Assembly: GCA_963693365.1 (NCBI GenBank)
Contig: CAVNZM010000009.1
Coordinates: forward strand, 8,785,408 to 8,849,407
Direction of reading: 5' to 3'
Origin: Amoebidium appalachense
Taxonomy: Eukaryota > Protista > Ichthyosporea
Length of the DNA: 64,000 nucleotides
Of the stretch, positions 51,801 through 62,709 are shown one piece after another; positions within the stretch are counted from its first letter, which is position 1, and every line of letters starts with the position of its first letter. The translations under genes were made by a program, and so were the position numbers. Under the pieces are notes generated by a model that worked only from the letters and a program-made list of their open reading frames with translations, was not told the DNA's origin and ran no database searches.

Positions 51801-53222
51801 AACATCATCAAGTTCAAGTGGATTGTGACTGAGAAAGTCCTCAACTCAGCCGGTGACACCAAGATCAAAGCTCGTGGTGTTGCAAAGGGCTTCACTCAAG
51901 TCTACGGTGTTGACTACGGTGACACCTCTTCCCCCGTGGTGATGTCCTCCTCCGTCCGTGCCCTCCTTGCCATCGGTGTGGACGGCAACCATGAGATTCA
52001 TCAACTCGACGTCTCAACTGCCTTCCTCAACAGTCCTCTTCAAGAAGACATCTACATTGAGCCACCACCTGGCTTCATCACCCCCGGCAACGAACACAAG
52101 GTCTGGAAACTTAAGAAGGCACTCTACGGGCTCAAGCAAGCATCACTGGCCTGGTATGAGTACTTCGACAAGGTCCTCCTTGCTCACGGTCTCGAACGTC
52201 TCCGTTCAGATCCATGTGTCTACATCAAGACCTTCCCCAACGGTGACATCATCCTCACTGGCAACTATGTGGACGACGTCATCATCATCTGCACGGCCAA
52301 CTCCTCCCACACCAAGGATCTAGTAGACCACATCATGAAGTCAGCTCTCTGCAAGGTTGACCTTCCCGACATCTTCCTTGGCACCCAGCTCATCCACACC
52401 CCCGGTCACCTCAAGCTGCTTCAGCAATCCTACATCAACGACATCGTCAGAGACTTCAACCTCAACGATGCTCACCCCAAGGCTACTCCCATTCCCGTCG
52501 GCACCGTCATCACCATCAACGAGAACGACTCACCACCCATCAAGGTTCCCTACCGTGAACTACTCGGCCGTCTTTTGTGGGTTGCTCGTTGTTCCCGGCC
52601 CGACATCTCCTTTGCCATCGGCTACCTCGGTAGATTCAGTGCCAACCCCACCAAACTTGCATGGGAATGTCTACTCCGTGTAGTTCGGTACCTCATCGGC
52701 ACTTCCAACCTCGGCCTTCACTACGACAAGTCTGCTTCCGACGACAACACCCCCTTGCTGGAGTGTTATTCTGATGCTGACTTTGCCAACTGCCCCAACA
52801 CCCGTCGTTCAACCACCGGATACGTCATCTTCTTCAAGGGCATACCCATCACATGGTATTCGAAGCTGCAGTCCATCACGGCAACATCCACCACCGAGGC
52901 TGAGCTTCTGGCCATCAATGCTGCTGTTCAAAACGTCATCTGGCACCGTGATCTCCTCCGTGAACTCGGCTACCCGATGACCGACCCCACCCCCGTCTAC
53001 TGTGACAACCAGTCCACCATTGCCCTCCTGCACACCAACAGCATCAAGCACCGGACCAAACACATTGCAGTCCGTTACCACAACACGAAGGACTACATCA
53101 AGAGTGGGGATGTGGTCGTCACCTACGTGTCCAGCAAAGACAACGTGGCTGACATCTTCACCAAGCCCCTGCCCGGGCCCTCCCACGAGCAGCACCGTGA
53201 TTCACTCAGTCTTCGTGACTGA
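48855..53222 (+). CDS. Copia Gag-Pol polyprotein, interrupted by indels in C runs at 51257-51401
   Basis: Zn knuckle CSYCHEPHHITAC; protease WDSAC; integrase WHNRLGH...CFGC, HLD, RFDSGSEF, NGVVER; RT HQLDVSTAFL, KALYGLKQ, YVDD; RNase H YSDADFA, TEAE, CDNQS, KHIAVRYH, ADIFTKPL. The ORFs at 48759 and 51408 share the same frame. Confidence 0.93.
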
Positions 53223-53223
53223 G

Positions 53224-53283
<60 letters not shown>

Positions 53284-53764
53284 TCATCTACAGTGGTCTT
53301 CAAGTAGGTTGGGGCCCTGGCCAGTGGTCTACACATCACCGTGTAGAGACACCTCCCAACGAAAGTCTACTGCTGTCTTCATCGATCTTCAGTGTGTGCA
53401 TCTTCAGTGGGGATTTCTTCTCCACCATCCGTCGTTTATTTATATACCACCATATATATAATGTATTTATCATTAGCCACCAACACGTCACACATACACT
53501 AGTTGTTTCTTCTATATATATTTATATATCACGTCATTGGCTACCGTCATCTTCCGAGTCTTCAGAGGCAACCGTCGTTGTGTGCTTCTTCCGTTTTGGT
53601 TTTCTTCCCCGGCTTGCACCTTCAAGTCTTCTCCATTGTCTTCTCGAGTTGGGAAACTTGACTGTGACTTCACGGCACCTACTTCTACATGTGTGAAAGT
53701 CTTAACATCAACAGTCACATCAACAAACTTCACGAGAACCCAACTTCCAACCCTTGAGTGGGGA

Positions 53765-55116
53765 TGTCATCTTCACTTAATTCTCAGCAAGACTTAGAAG
53801 TTGAGTTTGGTATTTATTTATTAGTTGTTGTAGTTTGTTTCCTTTTCCTTTCTTCATTTCTTTCTTTCTTTTCCGTTTCCGTGTACACGACATCTTAGAT
53901 CTGTGTACGTATCGACATACTTAGCTCGCGCACACGTATTGTCGTTTGCGTCAAAATCTATATATGTCATCCAATCATATCTCGTTTGTATTTTCCCAAA
54001 TATAGTAACTTACATTCCTTTCTCATTCCTTTCCCACGACGTAGCATTGTGCTATGTTCTTCAACTATTAGGAATAATTATATTTAGACGTGTTATGATA
54101 AGAACATGTATAAATATATGTTATGAATTAATAGTTACATAAGTGGTTTCATTTTGTTAAATGTTTCCGTGCTTTTATTAGAAGTTTCTTTCATTAGAGG
54201 ATTGAGTTTTATATTCTATGTGTCGACAGACATTTTAATCGATATATTTTACACTCATAGTTTTCGTCCTTTTGATTGGTTTATCGTTTCACATTCCCAA
54301 GTATAAAAGGGACCTCATCTTGAAATAAATCACAAGCAGTCGTATTCACTTCCTATGGTTCCAGAAATCGTTCCTCCTCTCCGGTTGTGTTTTTCCCGTG
54401 TGTCTTTGTGTTGTGTTTTACATAACACCCATCTGTGCTCTCTGCTTCTCCGTTTACCCACACAAAATTACACAAAGACACACGGGAAAAACACAACCGG
54501 AGAGGAGGAACGATTTCTGGAACCATAGGAAGTGAATACGACTGCTTGTGATTTATTTCAAGATGAGGTCCCTTTTATACTTGGGAATGTGAAACGATAA
54601 ACCAATCAAAAGGACGAAAACTATGAGTGTAAAATATATCGATTAAAATGTCTGTCGACACATAGAATATAAAACTCAATCCTCTAATGAAAGAAACTTC
54701 TAATAAAAGCACGGAAACATTTAACAAAATGAAACCACTTATGTAACTATTAATTCATAACATATATTTATACATGTTCTTATCATAACACGTCTAAATA
54801 TAATTATTCCTAATAGTTGAAGAACATAGCACAATGCTACGTCGTGGGAAAGGAATGAGAAAGGAATGTAAGTTACTATATTTGGGAAAATACAAACGAG
54901 ATATGATTGGATGACATATATAGATTTTGACGCAAACGACAATACGTGTGCGCGAGCTAAGTATGTCGATACGTACACAGATCTAAGATGTCGTGTACAC
55001 GGAAACGGAAAAGAAAGAAAGAAATGAAGAAAGGAAAAGGAAACAAACTACAACAACTAATAAATAAATACCAAACTCAACTTCTAAGTCTTGCTGAGAA
55101 TTAAGTGAAGATGACA
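53765..55116. repeat. Perfect inverted repeat, 647-bp arms with 58-bp spacer
   Basis: 53765-54411 is the reverse complement of 54470-55116; the mirror ORFs 53903-54142(+) and 54739-54978(-) translate identically. Confidence 0.95.
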
Positions 55117-55637
55117 CTTTGAGAGTGTCGACTATTAGGAAATATATGTATTTAAATGAGTTTCTCTATAGAGGCGAATATAAATATTTATGTGTGTTAA
55201 TAGTGACTAGATGTATAATTACTTAATTTGAGTTTCTAAACTTTAGTTAAGTCGGAAGTTGGAATGCGTATGCTCTGTCGGAATGTGTTTTTCTATCTTC
55301 TGATAGAACCGATTGGTTCTCCCCCTTTAGTTGTGATAAGCTGATAAGTCGCAAGTACAAAAAGAACCGAGAGCACAATAAAGGATCAGTTGTTGTTTGA
55401 AATCTTTCAATGTCTCGTGAACAACTCCGATTGCCCTCTCTTTACTGTGTTAGTCGTGTTTTACATGACACCTCTGTGCACTCTGCTCCCTTATACCTAC
55501 TATACAAAACAACAGGGGGGGGGGGGGGTGTTGTCCACAGTCGAGACACCAGTAGTCAAAATGTTTTTAAAGTGCCTCCGGTGCACTCTGTGTTTATTGA
55601 GCACTGTCCAGCACCTGCATATACAACATTGGCAAGG

Positions 55638-57086
55638 TTAAGCTTTTGGCAAGCTCCTCCTTAGCCTGTTTGAAGGCTGCTTTCGGGCAGCTTCTGTGAT
55701 CTTCTCCACCGCCGTCTTTTCGTCCTCACCCCCACTTGCCTGTGCGGGCGGGTTGTTGCAAGCCATATCAAGCCACATGGGTGTCTCCCTGCCAAAGAAG
55801 CAGAGGAGTGCATGCAAAAGGGCGGGCACGTGCCCCTCGATGGCACATATTGTCGCGGAGAGAGGAATCTCACTCATCTCGACGGGGCAGTGCTCAATGC
55901 AGCAGGTTTGGAAGGTGTACAGGGCCACCGGTTTGCCAGGGCCCAGCCACAAGGCCCAGCAAATCGTATGTGTAGGTGTGTGTCGCCGACACAGGCCTCG
56001 TAGTCATCGAAGCGGGAGGCGCTGCGCTGGGGAACCAGCCGCAGATTTTCAACGCGCAGGTCTTGGCAGTTGCCGTTGCGGTAAATCACGCGCTCGCTAA
56101 TGGCCAGCCGGCGCACGGGGCAGTCCTGGTGTGCATACTTGTAGCCGTAGTTGTATATCAGCTCGGTGGCACGCACCAGGTCGTTTTGCTGTGGATGTGC
56201 AGGGCCGGTGTGAGACTCGGTGTAACATGTGCGTGACGTGTGTGTGTCTTTTCTTTTGGGGGGGGGGACCCACAAGGCACTTTAACGGATTTTTTGAGGC
56301 AAAGTTACATTTACTAAGTAAAATTGTATAACATTATGCAGGTTTGAGCATAACTTTATGCACGTTTCAAAAAATTAAAAATGTAATAACTTGGGAACCG
56401 TTCAATTAAAATGGCATTGCACCAAGTTTTCACAGTTAGTGTGTTGTTATACCCCCTGCACACGTACACTGAGATACCAGCAAAACAGTTTAATCTGCTC
56501 GAGCGATCACGAAAAAACATGAAAAAACTTTTAAAAAACTTTAGCTCAAATTTTTCGGTAAAATCCCTTCCACGTGCACCATGGTGTTCTCCATCAGCAG
56601 CACGAGCTCGGGGCCCAGCATGCGCGCGCAGCCGTGGTTCAGCTACACAACACCTGTGGGGTCAAAGTGGACCACGTGTGCCCTGCCCCGCCAAGTCAGC
56701 CGGAGCCTCGAGAGGAGGATCAGGGCGAACCAGTCCATCTCATACACATGGCGGGTGGCTGGGAGCCAGGCAGCACGGCCTCCACCATCACGCTGGCGGG
56801 GGTCTGGCTCTTCCAAATCACGCCCATGTATTCGTTGAGCTCCAACGGAGGGGTGGCCGGGGCCGGGATCATCGGCCACCGGCACGAGCTTGTGGGAGTG
56901 CAGCATGAGGCTGGGGTAGCACGTCTTGCTGGGGTCGGTGGGGTCCTCGTACTCCTAGGCCTACGTGTGTACGCGTGTACGTGTGTGCGTACGTGTGTGC
57001 GTGTAACAGTGTACGCGTGACACTGTACGTGTGTGCGTGTGTACGTGTGTACGTGTGTACGTGTGTACGTGTGTTTTTTTTTTTTT

Positions 57087-57117
<31 letters not shown>

Positions 57118-57330
57118 GGGGAGTGTCACACAACAATAGGCCACACCAACAGTTTATACACACCTCGAAACAGGCCATGCCTGCTCAGCCGGCCCTCCGT
57201 GGCATTAGCCTCCTGGAAGGCAGCCAGCCAGGCCAGGCTCTTAGGGCCTGTGAATTTGGCCAAACCACCGGCCTGCCCCCCACAGAAGACACCGAGGAGC
57301 CGCACGATAGATGGCAGACAGGCCGAAAAC
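55638..57330 (-). pseudogene. Decayed spliced gene with an HNH-endonuclease-like motif
   Basis: ATELIYNY...ERVIYRNGNCQDLRVENLRLVP resembles the HNH signature H.(N/D)G...DN...NL..V. GC-rich exon-like blocks (about 57162-57330, 56580-56955, 55638-56189) contain a frameshift near 55950 and an in-frame TAG near 56643. Confidence 0.45.
56271..56576. mobile_element. AT-rich degenerate MITE
   Basis: Sharp AT-rich island with imperfect TIRs CAC..AAGGCACTTTAACGGATTTTTTGAGGCAAAGTT / AACTTTAGCTCAAATTTTTCGGTAAAATCCCTT..GTG. Confidence 0.5.
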
Positions 57331-57557
57331 TTCCGGCAAAATCTGAATGGACTGTGACTGACTGACCGATCGGCTGTTTTTATACTTTGGGTGGGTGCAG
57401 GCTCGGCCAATCAAACATTTTGCCTTGCCAACTTGTGACGTAGATATACATCGAGTCATCCCAGACACGGAAGCCCCCCAGATCAATAAACATCACGATG
57501 TAAATGGGGCTTCCGGGACCTGGCGTCCTCAGTCTTTTCCTTGTCCAAAACATAGTT

Positions 57558-58468
57558 CTTGTCAATGAAAGCTGTGACCATCCGTCCCCCATCCGACTTT
57601 CATCCGTGTTCGAATTCATATTCCCATCACATTTCGATGTCGCATGGTAGCAGAGAAGGAAAAAGGTCTCCCTCGGGGGGTAACCAGGTAAACACGCTTC
57701 CACACGCGCGCTCTTCTAGTATGCTCCGATAGCTCATTTTTACGGACGGATGGTCACAGCAGTCCGTGACGGATAACTACGGATACACGAGGATGTATTT
57801 GCTTACTTATTCGGACGTCGCTCCGCAATGAGGCCATGTTTTTGCAACAGCCATATCATTTTTCATATTGTAGCACACACAACTCGGTTTTCGCACCAGC
57901 CCATTTCTCATGAGCGCATCATCTTTTCCCATTTTCCACACACGACCACAGTGATCGGCAAGTTTTGGTCCTGATACTTTGTGCGTATAAGCAAAGCACG
58001 AGAAACGCCACCCCCGTGTGCTGTTCAATCCCGCAAAATGGGTGCCGGCCAGACACTAAGCCCAGCACACGTTTGCCGGAGGGTGCGAGTCTCGGACTTT
58101 GCTTGTGCCCACACGGTGGTTAAGATCACTACCTGACGATCACTACAAAGTAGAGTCGTGTGTTTTCCTTCAGTCTGAACAGCCGTCGTTTGCGCAAACT
58201 ACGTGTATATACCCAACCACGATATATTTCAACATGTACATCCGGAAGATCTATGTCTGCTTCTCGCTCTTGCTCCCCTCTGCTTACATGTTTTGCTTTT
58301 ATGTTTTGTACCCACGTGAGGTCATCCTTGGAGGCACTGCAGCCCACCCACGTGTGGTTAGGGGATGGCTTGGAGGTTTGCCTTGTCAACGAAAGCTGTG
58401 ACCATCCGACCCCCATCCGACTTTCATCCGTGTTCAAATTTATATTCCCATCACATTTCGATGTCGCA
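57558..58468. repeat. About 85-bp direct repeat (57558-57643, 58382-58468) plus a 17-bp inverted copy near 57744
   Basis: cttgtcaa.gaaagctgtgaccatccg.ccccatccgactttcatccgtgttc...catttcgatgtcgca occurs twice; ggacggatggtcacagc is an inverted part of it. Confidence 0.8.
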
Positions 58469-58526
58469 AACTGCTAGATCCACCAATCCGGTGCGGCCCT
58501 GCTTCGGCATTGTCTGGTCCGGCAAC

Positions 58527-58628
58527 TTGGGGAACTCGACTAAGCAGGAACGAATCGGTTCGGGCCGAAGGCCTTCACGAGTCGGCCCGACTCCGAGTCC
58601 GGCCGAAGGCCGGGCCCGGGGATACGGG

Positions 58629-58659
<31 letters not shown>

Positions 58660-58691
58660 GCGGGGAGTTAGCCGCAGCGGCTAACTCCCCG

Positions 58692-58729
<38 letters not shown>

Positions 58730-58942
58730 CCTGTTTCCCCGGGGCCCGGGCCTTCGGCCCAGTAGGCCTTCGGCCGGAGTCGGGTAGACTCGTTAAGCGG
58801 CCAACTCCCCACAGGGGGAGGGGGGGGGGGGGGGGGGGGGACCCCGTATCCCCGGGGCCCGGGCCTTCGGCCGGAGTCGGGTCGACTCGTTAAGGCCTTC
58901 AAGGCCCGACCCGATTCGTTCCTGCTTAGTCGAGATCCCCAA
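58527..58942. mobile_element. GC-rich fold-back element/MITE with internal poly-C and poly-G arms
   Basis: Outer IR TTGGGGA(A/T)CTCGACTAAGCAGGAACGAATCGG; a possible inner element 58543-58926 flanked by TA; inner hairpin Cn-GCGGGGAGTTAGCCGC-A-GCGGCTAACTCCCCGC-Gn. Confidence 0.8.
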
Positions 58943-59122
58943 TATTGCTACGCTTGCGCAAGTTGAAACTGATCTCGATTTCCTTTCAAGTTTCTATCCC
59001 TTGTGGGGTTTACACACTTTTTATTGCGTGGACACTGCCGGGGGCCCAGCCACACTCGATGGCCTACTGCGTTTTCCAGCGCAGCCAATCAAATGCAGCT
59101 AGCGACATATGTACATGCCATT

Positions 59123-59371
59123 GGGGGGTTTGCGCTGTTTACTCGAGGCAAAGAGAGACCAGTCTCAGATTGGGGGGTTTTTGCTCGGAATATCCCCTCA
59201 GCGGTATATCATGATCACGTACATAGATGTCGGGTAATGATTATATATCAGGGTTTACTTTCTCTACGCGACACCATAAAGACTAAGAGAAATCAATTAG
59301 TTGGGGTTCCCCGTTTTTTTGTTTTTTTTTTGTTTTTTTTTCGGGCTCCCCTGGGACACTCGGTATCAGCT

Positions 59372-59469
<98 letters not shown>

Positions 59470-61045
59470 TGTGTGTGTGTGCGCGCGCGCTAGAATTTTG
59501 TGATGATGTGTTTCTCAAGCCAATGAATACATCTAATAAACAGGTCGTAGTTACGCGTGTTTAGTATAAAATCAAGGATGTTGTAATTTTCAGGTAGGCT
59601 ATCTTTCTGGGTGTCTGTTGTGAATGTGACGTGTGTGTGTTGCGGTATTATGTGGTCTATCAAACTACATTTGGCGATACATGACCGCTTAAACTGGTGT
59701 GTGTGTGTGTTGTTTGGGCATGCACTGGCAAACGATGCCACCTTATACTTATTAGATCTCCACTGTATAGCACGTGTACAGTAAAAGCGTGGTATGTGAT
59801 CAATATTACCATCAGCTAGAGAAAGACCAATTCTACAGGAAGGTAATATGTATTTAGGTGTTACACATTTTGCGAGTGCCATATTTGGCAATATGGTTAA
59901 GTGACATATACTAATCCGTCTCAGCAGATCATCCTAAGTCAACGATCAAGATCGTGGGGGGGGGGGGGGGGGGGGGAGGGGGGGAGGGTGGCCCGGGTCC
60001 ACAGATCATCAAGTCCTGGGCCTCAAGATCAGCTGCACAGCTGCGGGCATGATCGTGTCTCTGCCGGCGCAGGGCAGGACCACGTCAGCTGGAGCAGCCG
60101 ACCAATAGGATTAGTAATACTATGCATAGTATAGATTTTAGGAGGACTTATGAATGCAATAAGTTCGGGCAGATGCCCTGGTAAATCATTCGGGCAAGTT
60201 TTGATAGTGTATTCTGCCAAACGTATATATATATATTTTGATGTACAGGAAGGAGTTAGAGGGGGGGAGGGGGGGGGGGGGAGATAGTATGAAATATAGG
60301 CTTAGACTCCGCGATGCCACTAGGGAGAGGGAGAGGGGAGAGACAAAGATATGTGTATTAGAGTGAGCCGATAGACTTAGCTCGTGCAGGCGCACGATAG
60401 AGTTCATTAGATCGGAATGCATGGAATGTGGCATCGTGGGGGGGTTGGGTGATGATGATCTTTGAGGGCACGGCCTTGATGGCCGCAGTTGTGACTTAGC
60501 TTGGTTCCGTTTGGATCTCAGGTTGCCCGTCGGAGCCTGGCCTAGAATAAACTTTGCCGTTTTTTTCGTAAACGTTCGTTCCTTTCCGTGTGTGTACACT
60601 TAGAACTTCAAGAGTGCCACGTCTCTTAATACATACACGTTAGGATACGACATTGAGGCGGTCATTTTATATAAAACGAGACATAAGGCTTAGTTTTTCA
60701 AGGTGTATGCTTTCATCGGGTCTGGTGTCGTGTGATATCTTTTTCCATTAAATTTTGTTATATTGCGTAATTATCTTGTGATTGTGTACATGTCTAATAA
60801 GTAAGTGGCACTCCAAAGTCACACCACACTTTTGCGGGGTTTATTTGTATTTGTGCCCAGGGGAGAAGGAGAGAAAGAGGGAAGGAAAGAGGGGAGAGGT
60901 GAGGAGGGGACAGGTCGGATAGAGAAGAGAGGGTGGAAGGGCAAATACTTCTTTAAGCGGCTTACCGTGCTTATTGAATTTCAGCGCGAGATGGGATACT
61001 CTAGCAGCTATTGGGACCAGATCATATATCGAGAGCGTTACAGGC
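59123..61045 (-). mobile_element. 3' fragment of the same LINE family, interrupted by a solo LTR and ending at a chromovirus LTR
   Basis: 59123-59901 and 60653-61045 align to 33013-34166, with small indels. Confidence 0.92.
59902..60652 (+). mobile_element. Solo LTR of the chromovirus family (751 bp)
   Basis: TGACA...CGACA termini; 5-bp TSD TTAAG/TTGAG; the empty site is visible in the intact LINE near 33780. Confidence 0.88.
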
Positions 61046-62672
61046 TGTCGTATCCTAACATGTGTGTAATAAGAGACCCGGCACTCTTCTAAGTAAACAC
61101 ACACGGAAAGGAACAAACGTGAGCGAGAAAACTGCAAAGTTTATTACTAGGACTGACTCCGACGGGCAACCTGAGATCCGGGTGGAACCAAGCTAAGTCA
61201 CAACTGCGGCCATCAAGGCCGTGCCCCCAAAGATCATCATCACCAGGCCCCCCTACGATGCCATATTCCATACATTCCGATCTAATGAACTTTATCGTGC
61301 GCCTGCACGAGCTAAGTCTATCGACTCACGCTAATATAAACATCTTTGTCTCTCCCGTCTCCCTTCCCCTAGTGGCACCGCAGAGTCTAAATCTACATTT
61401 CATACTACCTCCCCCCCCCTCCCCCCCCTCTACTCTTTCCTGTACTACAATATATACATACATTTGGCCCGGCTATCCGAACTTGCCAATACTTACAAGG
61501 GCGTGTGCCCGAACTTATTGCATTCCAAAGTCCTCCTAAGATCAGATTCTATCCTATACACTATTTCTAATTCTATTGGTCGGCTGTTCCAGGCTGACGT
61601 GGTCCTGCCCTGCGCCTGCAGAGACAAGATGCCCGCCGCTGTACAGCTGATCTTGAGGCCCCTGTTGTTTTATACGGGTATAAGGGAGTAGAGTGCACAG
61701 AGGTGTCATGTAAAACACGACCAACACAATAAAGAGAGGGTAATCGGAGTTGTTCACGACACATGAAAGATTTCAAACAACAACTGACCTTTTATTGTGC
61801 TCTCGGGTCTTTTTGTACTTGCAACTTATCATCTTATCTCAACTAAAGGGGGAGAACCAATCGGTTCTATCAGATGATAGAAAAACACATTCCGACAGAG
61901 CATACACATTCCAACTTCCGACCTAACTAAAGCTTAGAAACTCTTACTTAAATAACTTAAGTAATTATACATCTTGTCACTATTAATACACATATATATA
62001 TATACTCGTCTCTATAAAGAAACTTATTTAAATACATACATTTCCTAATAGTCGACACTCTCAAAGTGAAGACACATTACGATAAACCGAATTCCATACA
62101 TCTCTATTGTGTCCAATCATAACACGTATATTAATAGACGGGAATGCACAACACGATCTATAGATGTACTCACTCGCGACTATTGGTGAGTCATCTTATT
62201 GTGAACTAAAACTAAGCCACTTTGAACTAAAGCAAAGACAACGAAAGTGGCTGGCCAATCACGCTACCTCTTAGATAAACAGAGGAGAGCAAACACAAAT
62301 AAAATACAATAAGTTCTATCAGGCAAGAGAGCCAGATGTGCACAGATCTACAGATATCTGTGCACACAGAAACAAGGGAGAGAGAGAGATACGGGGGGGG
62401 GGGGGGGGGGGGGGGGGGTAAGAGAGATAGAGAGAGAAAGAAAAGAGAAAAGGGAGAAAAGGGGGAGAGCACAAAGAAGGAGAGCAGACACGAATACAAA
62501 CAAAGCTAAGACACATACATACTTCAAGACTCTTGCTGTCCTACGTAGTGACGTATTCCAACAGCCCCGGACTTGATCTTGATGACCTGTGGACCCGGGC
62601 CAACCCCCCCCCCCCCCCCCGATCTTGATCTTCGACTTAGGATGATCTGCTGAGACGGATTAGTATATGTCA

Positions 62673-62709
<37 letters not shown>

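Larger units (their letters stand above)
48800..55116 (+). mobile_element. Ty1/copia retrotransposon lacking a 5' LTR, with 3' LTR (53765-54472) and an inverted LTR copy (54470-55116)
   Basis: gag-PR-IN-RT-RH order; PPT-like TTGAGTGGGGA directly before TG at 53765; TATAAAAG near 54302 within the LTR. Confidence 0.92.
48326..55514 (+). mobile_element. Solo LTR (family X) split by the copia insertion: 5' half 48326-48799, 3' half 55117-55514
   Basis: The two halves are collinear with the intact inverted copy at 61663-62563; TGTTG...CAACA termini; G runs on both sides (GGGGG TSD). Confidence 0.88.

Noticed and set aside
53512-53733. Antisense or env-like ORF between pol and the PPT
   Set aside because: Short, lacks an ATG start and a transmembrane segment, and has no recognisable motif.
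53765-55116. The palindrome as an independent Mutator/foldback DNA transposon
   Set aside because: There is no TSD. It begins right after the copia PPT with TG, contains a TATA box, and its spacer is homologous to another LTR's U5 end.
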